A stretch of DNA of 64,000 bases, taken from a bacterium. Its GTDB lineage: Bacteria > Electryoneota > Electryoneia > Electryoneales > Electryoneaceae. Made by a program: the position numbers and the translations under genes. The DNA is taken from the NCBI GenBank assembly GCA_019912845.1, contig JAIOHU010000165.1, positions 14,039-78,038 on the forward strand. Reading direction: 5' to 3'. This document shows positions 9,387 through 17,815 of the stretch, in pieces. The notes beneath the pieces are model-generated. The model saw only the letters and a list, made by a program, of their open reading frames with translations. It was not told the DNA's origin and ran no database searches. Each line of letters opens with the position of its first letter. The stretch's first letter is position 1.

Positions 9387-9423
9387 GCGTCATTCCAGCA
9401 GGGTTTTGGCTGGAATCCAGGAA
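9387..9423 (+). repeat. R1 hairpin repeat (TTCC/GGAA stem variant)
   Basis: GCGTCATTCCAGCAGGGTTTTGGCTGGAATCCAGGAA. Family copies are at 7357-7395, 17851-17886, 18109-18144, 18381-18416, 20474-20510, 29883-29918 (-) and 55424-55460 (-). Confidence 0.85.
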
Positions 9424-9552
9424 CCCGACCGTAGGTTGAGCGACCAGGAGATAAGATCAAAAGTACAGTGATTTTAAATGGTTCAAGTAATTTGATCACC
9501 ACCCTCCGTCAACTGTTTACCAAACTGATCGAGTGACCTAAGTCAATCTAAC

Positions 9553-9567
9553 GCAATGTGTATGCCA
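9553..9567 (-). promoter_or_regulatory. Candidate sigma-54 (-24/-12) promoter
   Basis: The minus strand reads TGGCATACACATTGC, which is TGGCAT-N5-TTGC against the consensus TGGCAC-N5-TTGC. It lies 111 nt below the stop of the sigma-54-dependent response regulator and ~240 nt upstream of the ATG at 9313. Confidence 0.55.
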
Positions 9568-9677
9568 GATAATGACCTCTTTATTACTGGAATATCCGGC
9601 AAAAATTCAATAATCTCAAGCTCTCCTCGACATATTAGTCGAAAAAATACGACTCACTTGTCGAGAAAAACCTAAAA

Positions 9678-11045
9678 TTAAACTTCCCATCTTTTCAACC
9701 TATCCCTGATATTTTTCTCCGACATACCCAATTGACGAGCGGTTTCACTGCGATTTCCGCCATTCTCATCCAGGGCTGCCAAAATCACCGATTTCTCAAA
9801 GTTCTCCAACCGCTCACCGAGTGGTAGAGAGGAATCGTACAAAACATCCGAACTATCGATAGCTGGGTTGATCTCCTGACGTACCTCTGGTGGGAGTTCC
9901 CGCTCTGAAATAACAGTACCTCTTGTCATCACAACTGCACTTTCGACGACATTTTCCAGTTCACGAACATTCCCCTGCCATTGATATTTCATCAATGTAT
10001 CCAATGCTTCACGGCTCATACCTTCCACAGGTTTTCCATTCAGTTCGGAGAATCGTTGCACAAAATGTTCAACCAGCGCGGGTATATCTGATTTTCTCTG
10101 TCTCAAAGGCGGTACATTGATACGAACTACATTCAGACGATAGAAAAGATCTTCTCGGAACTTTCCACTTTTCATGGCAACTTGGAGGTCTTTGTGAGTT
10201 GCTGCCACAATACGAACATTCACCTTGATTTCCTGGTTTCCCCCAACACGATTTATCGTTCCATCCTGTAGTACTCTCAGCAGTTTCAGCTGTGCTGCAA
10301 CAGGCATATCACCAATCTCATCAATGAAAAGTGTTCCCCCTTCGGCACGTTCAAAAAAGCCTTTATGGTGAGCGTATGCACCTGTAAACGATCCTTTCTC
10401 ATGACCGAATAATTCACTTTCCACAAGTGTTTCTGGAATTGCTGCAATATTTACAGGAATGAATGGGTGTTCCTGTCTGCCAGAGGATTCATGGATTGCC
10501 CTTGCGATCAATTCCTTTCCTGTACCAGTTTCACCAAGAATGAGAACCGATGCTCTTGTGGGAGCAGCTCTAGCGACCAAACCCAGTACTTCACGCATTT
10601 CCTGTGATCCAGCAATGATCCCACTCACCGGAGTATCCCCCAGCCGTATCTTCAACTCACGGTTTTCCTCAAGTAGGATTTTTCGCTCTAATGCACGTTC
10701 GATTTGCAGTTTGAGTGAAGCCAGGTCGATCGGTTTTGTTAAATAGGTATATGCGCCATCCTGCATCGCCTGCACAGCGGATTCAACAGTGCCATAGGCA
10801 GTCAGTACAATCACGGCAATCTCAGGATTCAGTTTTCTCACCTCTTGCAGGACTCCAAGTCCATCACGACCAGGCATCCTCAGGTCGGTGATAACGAGGT
10901 CTATAACCTCAGATTCTACAACTGTAACTGCCTTCTCGCCATTTTCAGCCAGAACAACATCATAGCCCTGCTTTTTCAGAAAACCGCCCAAAGTCTCTCG
11001 TTGAGGAGCTTCATCATCAGCGATTAAAATTTTATATTCACCCAT
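9678..11045 (-). CDS. NtrC-family sigma-54-dependent response regulator (REC + AAA+ + Fis HTH)
   Basis: Receiver domain is ILIADDE...VITDLRMPGRDG. Walker A is GETGTGKE, followed by ESELFGHEKGSFTGA and the HTH RSETARQLGMSEKNIRDRLKRW. The ATG at 11045 follows GGATGGAAGA. A TTG at 11057 is an alternative start. Confidence 0.92.
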   Translation of the reverse strand: MGEYKILIADDEAPQRETLGGFLKKQGYDVVLAENGEKAVTVVESEVIDLVITDLRMPGRDGLGVLQEVRKLNPEIAVIVLTAYGTVESAVQAMQDGAYTYLTKPIDLASLKLQIERALERKILLEENRELKIRLGDTPVSGIIAGSQEMREVLGLVARAAPTRASVLILGETGTGKELIARAIHESSGRQEHPFIPVNIAAIPETLVESELFGHEKGSFTGAYAHHKGFFERAEGGTLFIDEIGDMPVAAQLKLLRVLQDGTINRVGGNQEIKVNVRIVAATHKDLQVAMKSGKFREDLFYRLNVVRINVPPLRQRKSDIPALVEHFVQRFSELNGKPVEGMSREALDTLMKYQWQGNVRELENVVESAVVMTRGTVISERELPPEVRQEINPAIDSSDVLYDSSLPLGERLENFEKSVILAALDENGGNRSETARQLGMSEKNIRDRLKRWEV

Positions 11046-11060
11046 TCTTCCATCCAATTT

Positions 11061-12731
11061 TTACTGCATTCCCAATTCCAGACGAACGATCGTTCCACCC
11101 TCGGGATTATCTGCCAGGCTTACACTGCCACCATGTTCAACAGCGATACGATGAACAAGAGGTAGTCCAATTCCCGTTCCTTCCGGGTGAGTCGTATAAT
11201 AGAGGTCAAACACCTTCCCTCTATCCTCATTCGCAATACCCGGACCATTGTCAATCACTTCAATGACAACCCAATTAGCTTCACTATAATATTTTAGAGT
11301 AATATTGCCATTTGGGATATTCTCAAGAGCACGTAAGGAGTTCTGGAGTAGATTCAATACCGCCTGTTTGATTTGGTCAACATCAAATAAAAATGGTCTC
11401 AAGATTGAACCCTCCATCTCAAAGGATTTTCCCGTTCCGCTGCATTGAGTGGAAAAACTTTGACCCAATTCATCAATGACTGTTTTCAAATCATTAACCT
11501 GCTTATTCGCTTTGGGTGGACGTGCAAACTGGAGAAAGTCCTTTATGATTCGCCCAATACGTTCAATCTCACTACTCATGCTCTCCAGCAATGAATTATA
11601 CTCTGCTGAATCTTCTTTAACATCGAATTCGTGCTTCAATCTTTGTGTAACCATGTTCACTGTATTCAGTGGATTTCTGATCTCATGCGCTACACCTCCC
11701 GCCAAAGCTCCCATAGCAACAAGCCGTTCTTTCATCGCACGATCTGCTTCAAGTCGTGTGATATCAGCCAGGATTTTTTGTCGTTCTTCAGCCAGATAAC
11801 GTACGTTCTGGCGACTAAGTAGATACCCCAGGATAGCCACTGCCAATCCGACAAAGAGTAAAGACCTTATTCCGATTGCAATGAGACTTCGTTTACGGAT
11901 ATTACTCAATTCATCAGTTCTCAAACCCAGTCGCAGATCCACTCCAGCGTGCAGATCGTAGGGAATCCGCAAATTAAACAATGTACCGTCAGGGGTTTTA
12001 TGAAATTGTCCACCAGGAGTCGAATTCGCGCCAATAAATGGATCACGTTTGGAGCCTATCCATTCGGGTAAGTCCGGAGTTGCTGCCAGAGTGCCGGATT
12101 CGCCGACTAAAACCGCATAAGCGATATCATGTTGTTCACTCAGGCTTCTCAAAAGTGCTCCTGTGCCTAATTCACGTCTGAAAGACACCAACTCATCTGC
12201 TCCAATAGATACAAGAACAGCACCGCCATTCGCACGAGATACCGCAACACTGTAGCTCATCTCACCGGAATCTGAGGTTTCATGAAAACCGACAGTCATC
12301 TCACCAGAAAAATTCTCGACGAGCAAGGTATCTGTCAGCAACTGTTTAATCACATTTGTGATTGTAATCGGACGGTTGGTCGACAGTACTCTACAGGTGC
12401 GATCCAAAAGGGTGATACGAGCGACTCCACCCTCAATCGCTAAGGCCTCGAGGTACTCCGGTCGAAGCACATTTTCTGTCCACAAGCGTTTGCTCAAGTA
12501 GGCGACGCTGTACAGTTGATCCGTAATCGCATAACGTATCGCGCGCTCAGACCGCTCCGACGCCTCGATCGTGTGACGGATGGTAGCCGCAAGACTTTGA
12601 GCATGCTGTTCGGCAAGTTCAAAGGTCAGTCTTCTGATCCGTAATGCATCCCAGATTGAAATCAAGGCAGTCAGCAATACCAGAACTGTAAAGATCAGCA
12701 GCAGTGAATGATTTGAACGTTTAGTTGCCAA
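11061..12731 (-). CDS. Sensor histidine kinase with a large periplasmic sensor domain, partner of the adjacent regulator
   Basis: 556 aa. Two TM segments flank a ~270-aa extracytoplasmic region. H-box is GGVAHEIRNPLNTV. The ATPase boxes are LLQNSLRAL, DNGPGI and GTGIGL. Confidence 0.9.
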   Translation of the reverse strand: MATKRSNHSLLLIFTVLVLLTALISIWDALRIRRLTFELAEQHAQSLAATIRHTIEASERSERAIRYAITDQLYSVAYLSKRLWTENVLRPEYLEALAIEGGVARITLLDRTCRVLSTNRPITITNVIKQLLTDTLLVENFSGEMTVGFHETSDSGEMSYSVAVSRANGGAVLVSIGADELVSFRRELGTGALLRSLSEQHDIAYAVLVGESGTLAATPDLPEWIGSKRDPFIGANSTPGGQFHKTPDGTLFNLRIPYDLHAGVDLRLGLRTDELSNIRKRSLIAIGIRSLLFVGLAVAILGYLLSRQNVRYLAEERQKILADITRLEADRAMKERLVAMGALAGGVAHEIRNPLNTVNMVTQRLKHEFDVKEDSAEYNSLLESMSSEIERIGRIIKDFLQFARPPKANKQVNDLKTVIDELGQSFSTQCSGTGKSFEMEGSILRPFLFDVDQIKQAVLNLLQNSLRALENIPNGNITLKYYSEANWVVIEVIDNGPGIANEDRGKVFDLYYTTHPEGTGIGLPLVHRIAVEHGGSVSLADNPEGGTIVRLELGMQ

Positions 12732-13085
12732 TAATTGATTTCCCGATGTTTTGAATCACATCACATTTACTTCGCTCGAGGTAACTTTATAGTAGTTGCA
12801 ATAACCACACCATCATAATATGTTGATAAGTTTGGCAGGATATCACTGAATAATAGAAATTTCATTCGCTGGCACAGTTTCAGGATGATGATCAAAGTGT
12901 CTCCATGAAAGATATTTAGAGCAACAAATCTGGAACTACGAGCGTACTATACGGTAATAGTCCCTGTGGAGATTACCGTTTATTTAAGCTATCCCCTCAG
13001 AATATCGAGCCGACAAGAAATCTATTCGTAAAATGAACATAACCTGCTATTCTTCGCAACACTCTACTGGAATTTTGAGGTATAC

Positions 13086-13910
13086 GTGCATCCGGTACTA
13101 ATCGACTTCGGACGTTTCAAGCTATATTCCTACGGCTTAATGCTTTTCCTCGCTTTCGCGCTTGGAATTTATATCGCTTACCGCAGGAGTAAAAGATTTG
13201 GGATTGAGGGGAATGTTGTCCTTGATGTTTCAAGTGCCATGATCATTTCTGGTTTACTTGGTGGACGATTGCTTTATGTTCTCACACACCTTGAAGAATT
13301 TCGAGGAAGATGGCTTGATATCATTAATCCGGTGCAATCGGATGGAACAATTGGAATAGCTGGTCTTGTGCTGCTGGGAGGGGTTGTCCTTGCAGTTGTT
13401 ACACTGGTTTTCCTTACCTGGCTGAAAGATATCCCTCTGCTGCGATTGATGGATGTTCTGGCTCCCTCACTGGCACTTGGAATAGCGCTGGGAAGATTGG
13501 GATGTTACCTAAATGGCTGTTGTTTTGGTCTGGTTACAGATATTTCCTGGGCAGTAAGCTTCCCTGAAGGGTGCTCCGCACACTCTATTATGGGTGATCA
13601 ACATATTCATCCAACTCAACTTTATGCCTTTATCTACAATGGTTTACTCTTTATATTTTTACTGTGGGAGGAGAAACTTCCCAGAGCTTTTGATGGAAGA
13701 ACCATTTTTCTCATGTTTACCGGCTATGGAATCTTCAGATTTTTCAATGAGACCCTGCGCTGGCATGAGCAGAGCTTACATGCAATAAACTGGGATGGCG
13801 GTTTTCTAACCATCAGTCAGTTAGTTTCAATCAGCCTCTTGCTTGTTGGATTGGCAGGTCTTTTACTGCTTCCGAAAACAAAATATTATCATATCAGGAG
13901 TCTCACATGA
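13086..13910 (+). CDS. lgt: Prolipoprotein diacylglyceryl transferase
   Basis: 274 aa polytopic membrane protein with GRLGCYLNGCCFG and HPTQLY motifs. GTG start. Confidence 0.88.
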   Translation: MHPVLIDFGRFKLYSYGLMLFLAFALGIYIAYRRSKRFGIEGNVVLDVSSAMIISGLLGGRLLYVLTHLEEFRGRWLDIINPVQSDGTIGIAGLVLLGGVVLAVVTLVFLTWLKDIPLLRLMDVLAPSLALGIALGRLGCYLNGCCFGLVTDISWAVSFPEGCSAHSIMGDQHIHPTQLYAFIYNGLLFIFLLWEEKLPRAFDGRTIFLMFTGYGIFRFFNETLRWHEQSLHAINWDGGFLTISQLVSISLLLVGLAGLLLLPKTKYYHIRSLT

Positions 13911-15661
13911 CCACCAGTCGTAAATTTCTCTTCCTTTTGTTGGCATTTATGCTTGCAATTCCCACGGTTTTTGCCCAAGCTCAAAATGACAGTCTGGACA
14001 ACCTCCAACCCTCAAGAGATCAAAGCATTCAAAATAATCTTGATTTATACCAGGCGATCACAAGAAATATAAATCTTTTCGGTGCGCTCTACCGAGAAGT
14101 AAGCATGAATTATGTAGATCAGGTTAACCCGGAAGCGTTTATTCGTGCCGGGATTGATGGCATGCTCAGCACCCTCGATCCATATACCGAATTTTATGAA
14201 GAGGAAGAGACGGACGAGCTGGAGATCATGACTCGCGGTAAGTACGGTGGCATTGGTATTCAAATCGGACTTCGTGGCCCCGAACGTGAATTGACAATCA
14301 TCGCCCCCATAGAGGGCACACCTGGTTATCGGATCGGACTTCGTCCCGGGGATAGAATTGTTGAAATTGACGGACAATCGACTGAAGGATTTTCCACATC
14401 AGACGCTGCTCAGATAATGCGCGGAACACCCGGTGACACTGTACGAATTTCTATTCTCCGTTATGGACTCGACGATCCACTGGAATATGCCATACAACGT
14501 GAAGTTATAAATGTTCATGATATCAGTTACTCCGGTATGGTTGAACCGGGTGTTGGATTCATTCGCTTGACTCGATTCAGTCGTACTGCCGGAGATCAGG
14601 TTCGCGAGGAGATCGAAAAGTTGAAGGAACAAGGGTTGGAAGCTCTAATTCTTGACTTGAGAGGAAATCCAGGCGGTTTGCTTCCAGAAGCAGTGAGTAT
14701 TGCAGAGAATTTCCTCAATAACGGCGATCTGATCGTTTCTACTCAAGGAAGAATACGTACCAGCCATCGAGAGTTTTTCTCACGTGCAGAGCCAAGCATT
14801 CCCATGGATATGCCGCTTGTAGTGCTAGTCAACCAGGGTTCTGCTTCTGCCAGTGAAATTGTTTCAGGTGCGATTCAAGACCACGATCGTGGGGTTATTA
14901 TTGGGATGCCAACTTTCGGTAAAGGATTAGTGCAGTCAGTAATTAACTTTAATCCTAAAAAGGTACGCGGGTCAAAAGATGCCGCACTGAAAATAACCAC
15001 TGCAAAATATTACACACCATCAGGTCGTCTGATTCAGAAGGCTGACTATTTCAAAGACAATGAAGCTCTGATTCCTCTCAGTGCCGAAGCAGGTGAAATT
15101 GATACTCTCTTTTTCACAACACACGGACGTCCTGTGCCAGCACATGGTGGAATTCATCCCGATTTTGAGATCGAATTAGAGGATATCGGACAAGCGACAC
15201 TTGAACTCTGGCGTCAAGGTGAATTTTTCGGATTTATTGGTCCTTATTACGCTGAACACCAGGAAATAACATCTTATGAAATCACAGATGATATTTTTAA
15301 TGAGTTTAATGATTACCTGAATAATAAAGAATTTACTTTTGAAACGCAGACTCAGAAATCATTGAATGAAATCCGTGAACACGCTGAAGATATGGAGTAC
15401 TCTGAAGAATTTTTCAAGGAGCTGGAGGATTTGGAAAAATTAGCTGAAATAGAACGTGATAACCTGATCAGCATGGAAAATGTCCAGATTCGCGAGAGGT
15501 TACGCATGGAACTCGCCGGTGCTATGAAGGGTGGCTCAGGACGAGTAGAGGCTTCATTCAAATTCGATCCTCAAGTGCAAAAAGCATTGGAAATACTTAA
15601 AGAGAAGAATGAGTATTTCGCCGCCCTGAACCCTGAAGAGATGGATTTAAAACAGGAATAA
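13907..15661 (+). CDS. S41 family C-terminal processing peptidase (PDZ-containing)
   Basis: It has a signal peptide, a PDZ segment (GLRPGDRIVEIDG) and the motifs LDLRGNPGGLL, NQGSASASEIVSGAIQD and TFGKG. An ATGA start/stop overlap links it to lgt. Confidence 0.9.
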   Translation: MTTSRKFLFLLLAFMLAIPTVFAQAQNDSLDNLQPSRDQSIQNNLDLYQAITRNINLFGALYREVSMNYVDQVNPEAFIRAGIDGMLSTLDPYTEFYEEEETDELEIMTRGKYGGIGIQIGLRGPERELTIIAPIEGTPGYRIGLRPGDRIVEIDGQSTEGFSTSDAAQIMRGTPGDTVRISILRYGLDDPLEYAIQREVINVHDISYSGMVEPGVGFIRLTRFSRTAGDQVREEIEKLKEQGLEALILDLRGNPGGLLPEAVSIAENFLNNGDLIVSTQGRIRTSHREFFSRAEPSIPMDMPLVVLVNQGSASASEIVSGAIQDHDRGVIIGMPTFGKGLVQSVINFNPKKVRGSKDAALKITTAKYYTPSGRLIQKADYFKDNEALIPLSAEAGEIDTLFFTTHGRPVPAHGGIHPDFEIELEDIGQATLELWRQGEFFGFIGPYYAEHQEITSYEITDDIFNEFNDYLNNKEFTFETQTQKSLNEIREHAEDMEYSEEFFKELEDLEKLAEIERDNLISMENVQIRERLRMELAGAMKGGSGRVEASFKFDPQVQKALEILKEKNEYFAALNPEEMDLKQE

Positions 15662-15710
15662 ACTGTTCCCAAAGAAGCGATTCCTGAATCAGGATTGGAA
15701 TTACATATTG

Positions 15711-15750
15711 ATCCTCGTGAAAAAACTATAATTCACGAGGATTTTTGTTG
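15711..15750 (+). terminator. Intrinsic terminator after the S41 peptidase gene
   Basis: An 11-bp stem ATCCTCGTGAA / TTCACGAGGAT is followed by TTTTGTTG. Confidence 0.75.
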
Positions 15751-15805
15751 ATAATTTTGGTTCTTCGCTGTTTCATGTGGGTAATAACTGGCAGTTCTGG
15801 AATGG

Positions 15806-15883
15806 ACGTCATTGCGAACAAAGTGAAGCAATCGCTCTTGTAGCTAAAATGAGATTGCCGCGTCACTGCGTTCCTCGCAAAGA
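15806..15883. repeat. Long imperfect palindrome of the GTCATTGCGA...TCGCAA type
   Basis: GACGTCATTGCGAACAAAGTGAAGCAATC ... GATTGCCGCGTCACTGCGTTCCTCGCAAAGAC. The inner stem is GCAATC/GATTGC. ORF 15726..15920 reads through it. Confidence 0.6.
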
Positions 15884-15940
15884 CTATGGGAAAGTATTTC
15901 TTTAGATTCCGCCCATACAAAATAGCGAAGAGCCATAATT

Positions 15941-16444
15941 TTATGGAATTATAAGTTTTCGAAGTTCTTCCTTCAATTGATCATAACTCTCGAATAAATC
16001 CTGACTAATGACGCGATTCTCCCCGAGAACAGGCATAAAATTATTGTCGCCATTCCAACGTGGGACAATGTGCTCATGCAGATGAGGTTCCAATCCGGCA
16101 CCTGCCACTCTACCGATATTATAGCCGATATTAAAACCATGCGGTCCCATTGCATTGGTCAGTGCTTGCAACATCACCTGAGTTAAATCACCGATCTCAA
16201 ACATCTCCTCCTGTATCAAACCTCTGGGATCGGAAACATGGTTAATCGGCGCAACCATCACATGACCGTTTGTGTAGGGATAACGGTTCATGATGATTAT
16301 CACCTTCCCGCCACGATGGAGCAGTAGATTTTCCTTGTCTTTTGACGGATCATCTTTTATCGCATCGCAGATAAAACAATCATCCACGCCATCCTTACTC
16401 GCTTTTATCCATGTGTAACGCCAGGGTGCCCATAGAGTTTTCAT
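15941..16444 (-). CDS. HIT family nucleotide hydrolase/transferase
   Basis: Histidine triad is HLHEHIVPRW, with GDNNFMPV downstream. The N-terminus MKTLWAPWRY is typical of the family, so I prefer the ATG at 16444 over 16459. Confidence 0.85.
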   Translation of the reverse strand: MKTLWAPWRYTWIKASKDGVDDCFICDAIKDDPSKDKENLLLHRGGKVIIIMNRYPYTNGHVMVAPINHVSDPRGLIQEEMFEIGDLTQVMLQALTNAMGPHGFNIGYNIGRVAGAGLEPHLHEHIVPRWNGDNNFMPVLGENRVISQDLFESYDQLKEELRKLIIP

Positions 16445-16650
16445 CGTATCGCATTCCATTCGTAATTCGATCTCGTTTCTCTTGCAATGTATGTAAATAT
16501 CCTCTGGATTTCAGCCCACTCCTCTAATTGCGAGTTTCAGGTTAAATTCGTACTTTCCTATTGATACAAGGGGGATGCTCAGTGACACTATTTGGAATCC
16601 CGACAACTTTAACCCTTCAAAGGATGATCTGAATTTAGATCGCAACTACA

Positions 16651-17742
16651 ATGAAATCGCCAATTGCTCCTTCACACATCCAGAGTTTGAAACGGTATAT
16701 CGCGGGACGGTCCATCGAAGAGGTACGCAAAGAACTTGGGCTTGATAGAATTATTAAACTTGCCTCCAATGAAAACCCCCTTGGTTCTTCACCAAAAGCA
16801 ATAGAACAAATACAAAAAGCGATCAAAGGATTGGCGATCTATCCAGATGGTGGACTGGCATTGCGTCAAAAAATCGCAGAGCGTTTCTCTATCGATATCG
16901 AATGTGTCGCAGTAGGCTCGGGTAGTGAAGCGGTGCTATCGGCAGCAATGCGCGCCTATCTGCAACCAGGTGATGAGGTTGTAACCGCGGAGGGGACATT
17001 CATCGGATTTTACGTCCTCGCCAATGCCCTTAATCAGGCTGTCGTTACTGTTCCTTTGCGTAACTACACTTTTGACCTCCCTCAAATTCAGAAAGCGATC
17101 ACTGAGAAAACAAAACTGGTCTATTTAGCCAATCCCAACAATCCCACGGGCACCGCATTCACACATGAAGAATTATTGCGTTTCCTTGAGGAATTGCCAC
17201 CACGAATCCTGGTGATCCTGGATGAAGCATATTTCGAGTACGCCTGCGACTGGAATGCGTATCCCGATTCACTATCGCTGGATCACCCTCAAATCCTCAT
17301 CTTACGTACATTTTCCAAAGCGTACGGTCTGGCTGGAGTACGTATAGGCTACGGTATCGCCCAACCTGATATCATCGAGAATATCATCAAGGTCAAATTA
17401 CCATTTGAACCAACTTCATTGTCACAAGCAGCAGGCATCGGGGCATTGGAAGACCAGAACTTCCTGACCGAAACCATAGAAATGAATCGTGACGGAAAAT
17501 CGCGCCTTGAACAGTGCCTGGAAACGTTAAACCTCCCCTACGCAAAAAGCGTCGCTAATTTTATCCTGATCGACATGAAGACCGCCGAAAAAGCAGCTTG
17601 GCTGAGCGATCAACTCTTACATCGCGGCATTATCGCACGACCCATGGTACCCTTCCGTCTCCCTCATACAGTACGGATTACCATTGGCACACCCGATGAG
17701 ATGACCTATTTGATCGATGCCTTGCAGAATATATTCGGGTGA
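16651..17742 (+). CDS. hisC: Histidinol-phosphate aminotransferase
   Basis: 363 aa. Contains LASNENPLG and the PLP-lysine motif TFSKAYGLAGVRIGY. Confidence 0.9.
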   Translation: MKSPIAPSHIQSLKRYIAGRSIEEVRKELGLDRIIKLASNENPLGSSPKAIEQIQKAIKGLAIYPDGGLALRQKIAERFSIDIECVAVGSGSEAVLSAAMRAYLQPGDEVVTAEGTFIGFYVLANALNQAVVTVPLRNYTFDLPQIQKAITEKTKLVYLANPNNPTGTAFTHEELLRFLEELPPRILVILDEAYFEYACDWNAYPDSLSLDHPQILILRTFSKAYGLAGVRIGYGIAQPDIIENIIKVKLPFEPTSLSQAAGIGALEDQNFLTETIEMNRDGKSRLEQCLETLNLPYAKSVANFILIDMKTAEKAAWLSDQLLHRGIIARPMVPFRLPHTVRITIGTPDEMTYLIDALQNIFG

Positions 17743-17815
17743 ATTTACAAATCGATTTGAATTTTACATGAATGATTCCTCTTCAAAATGGCATTTTTTT
17801 GTATAATCATCCCAT

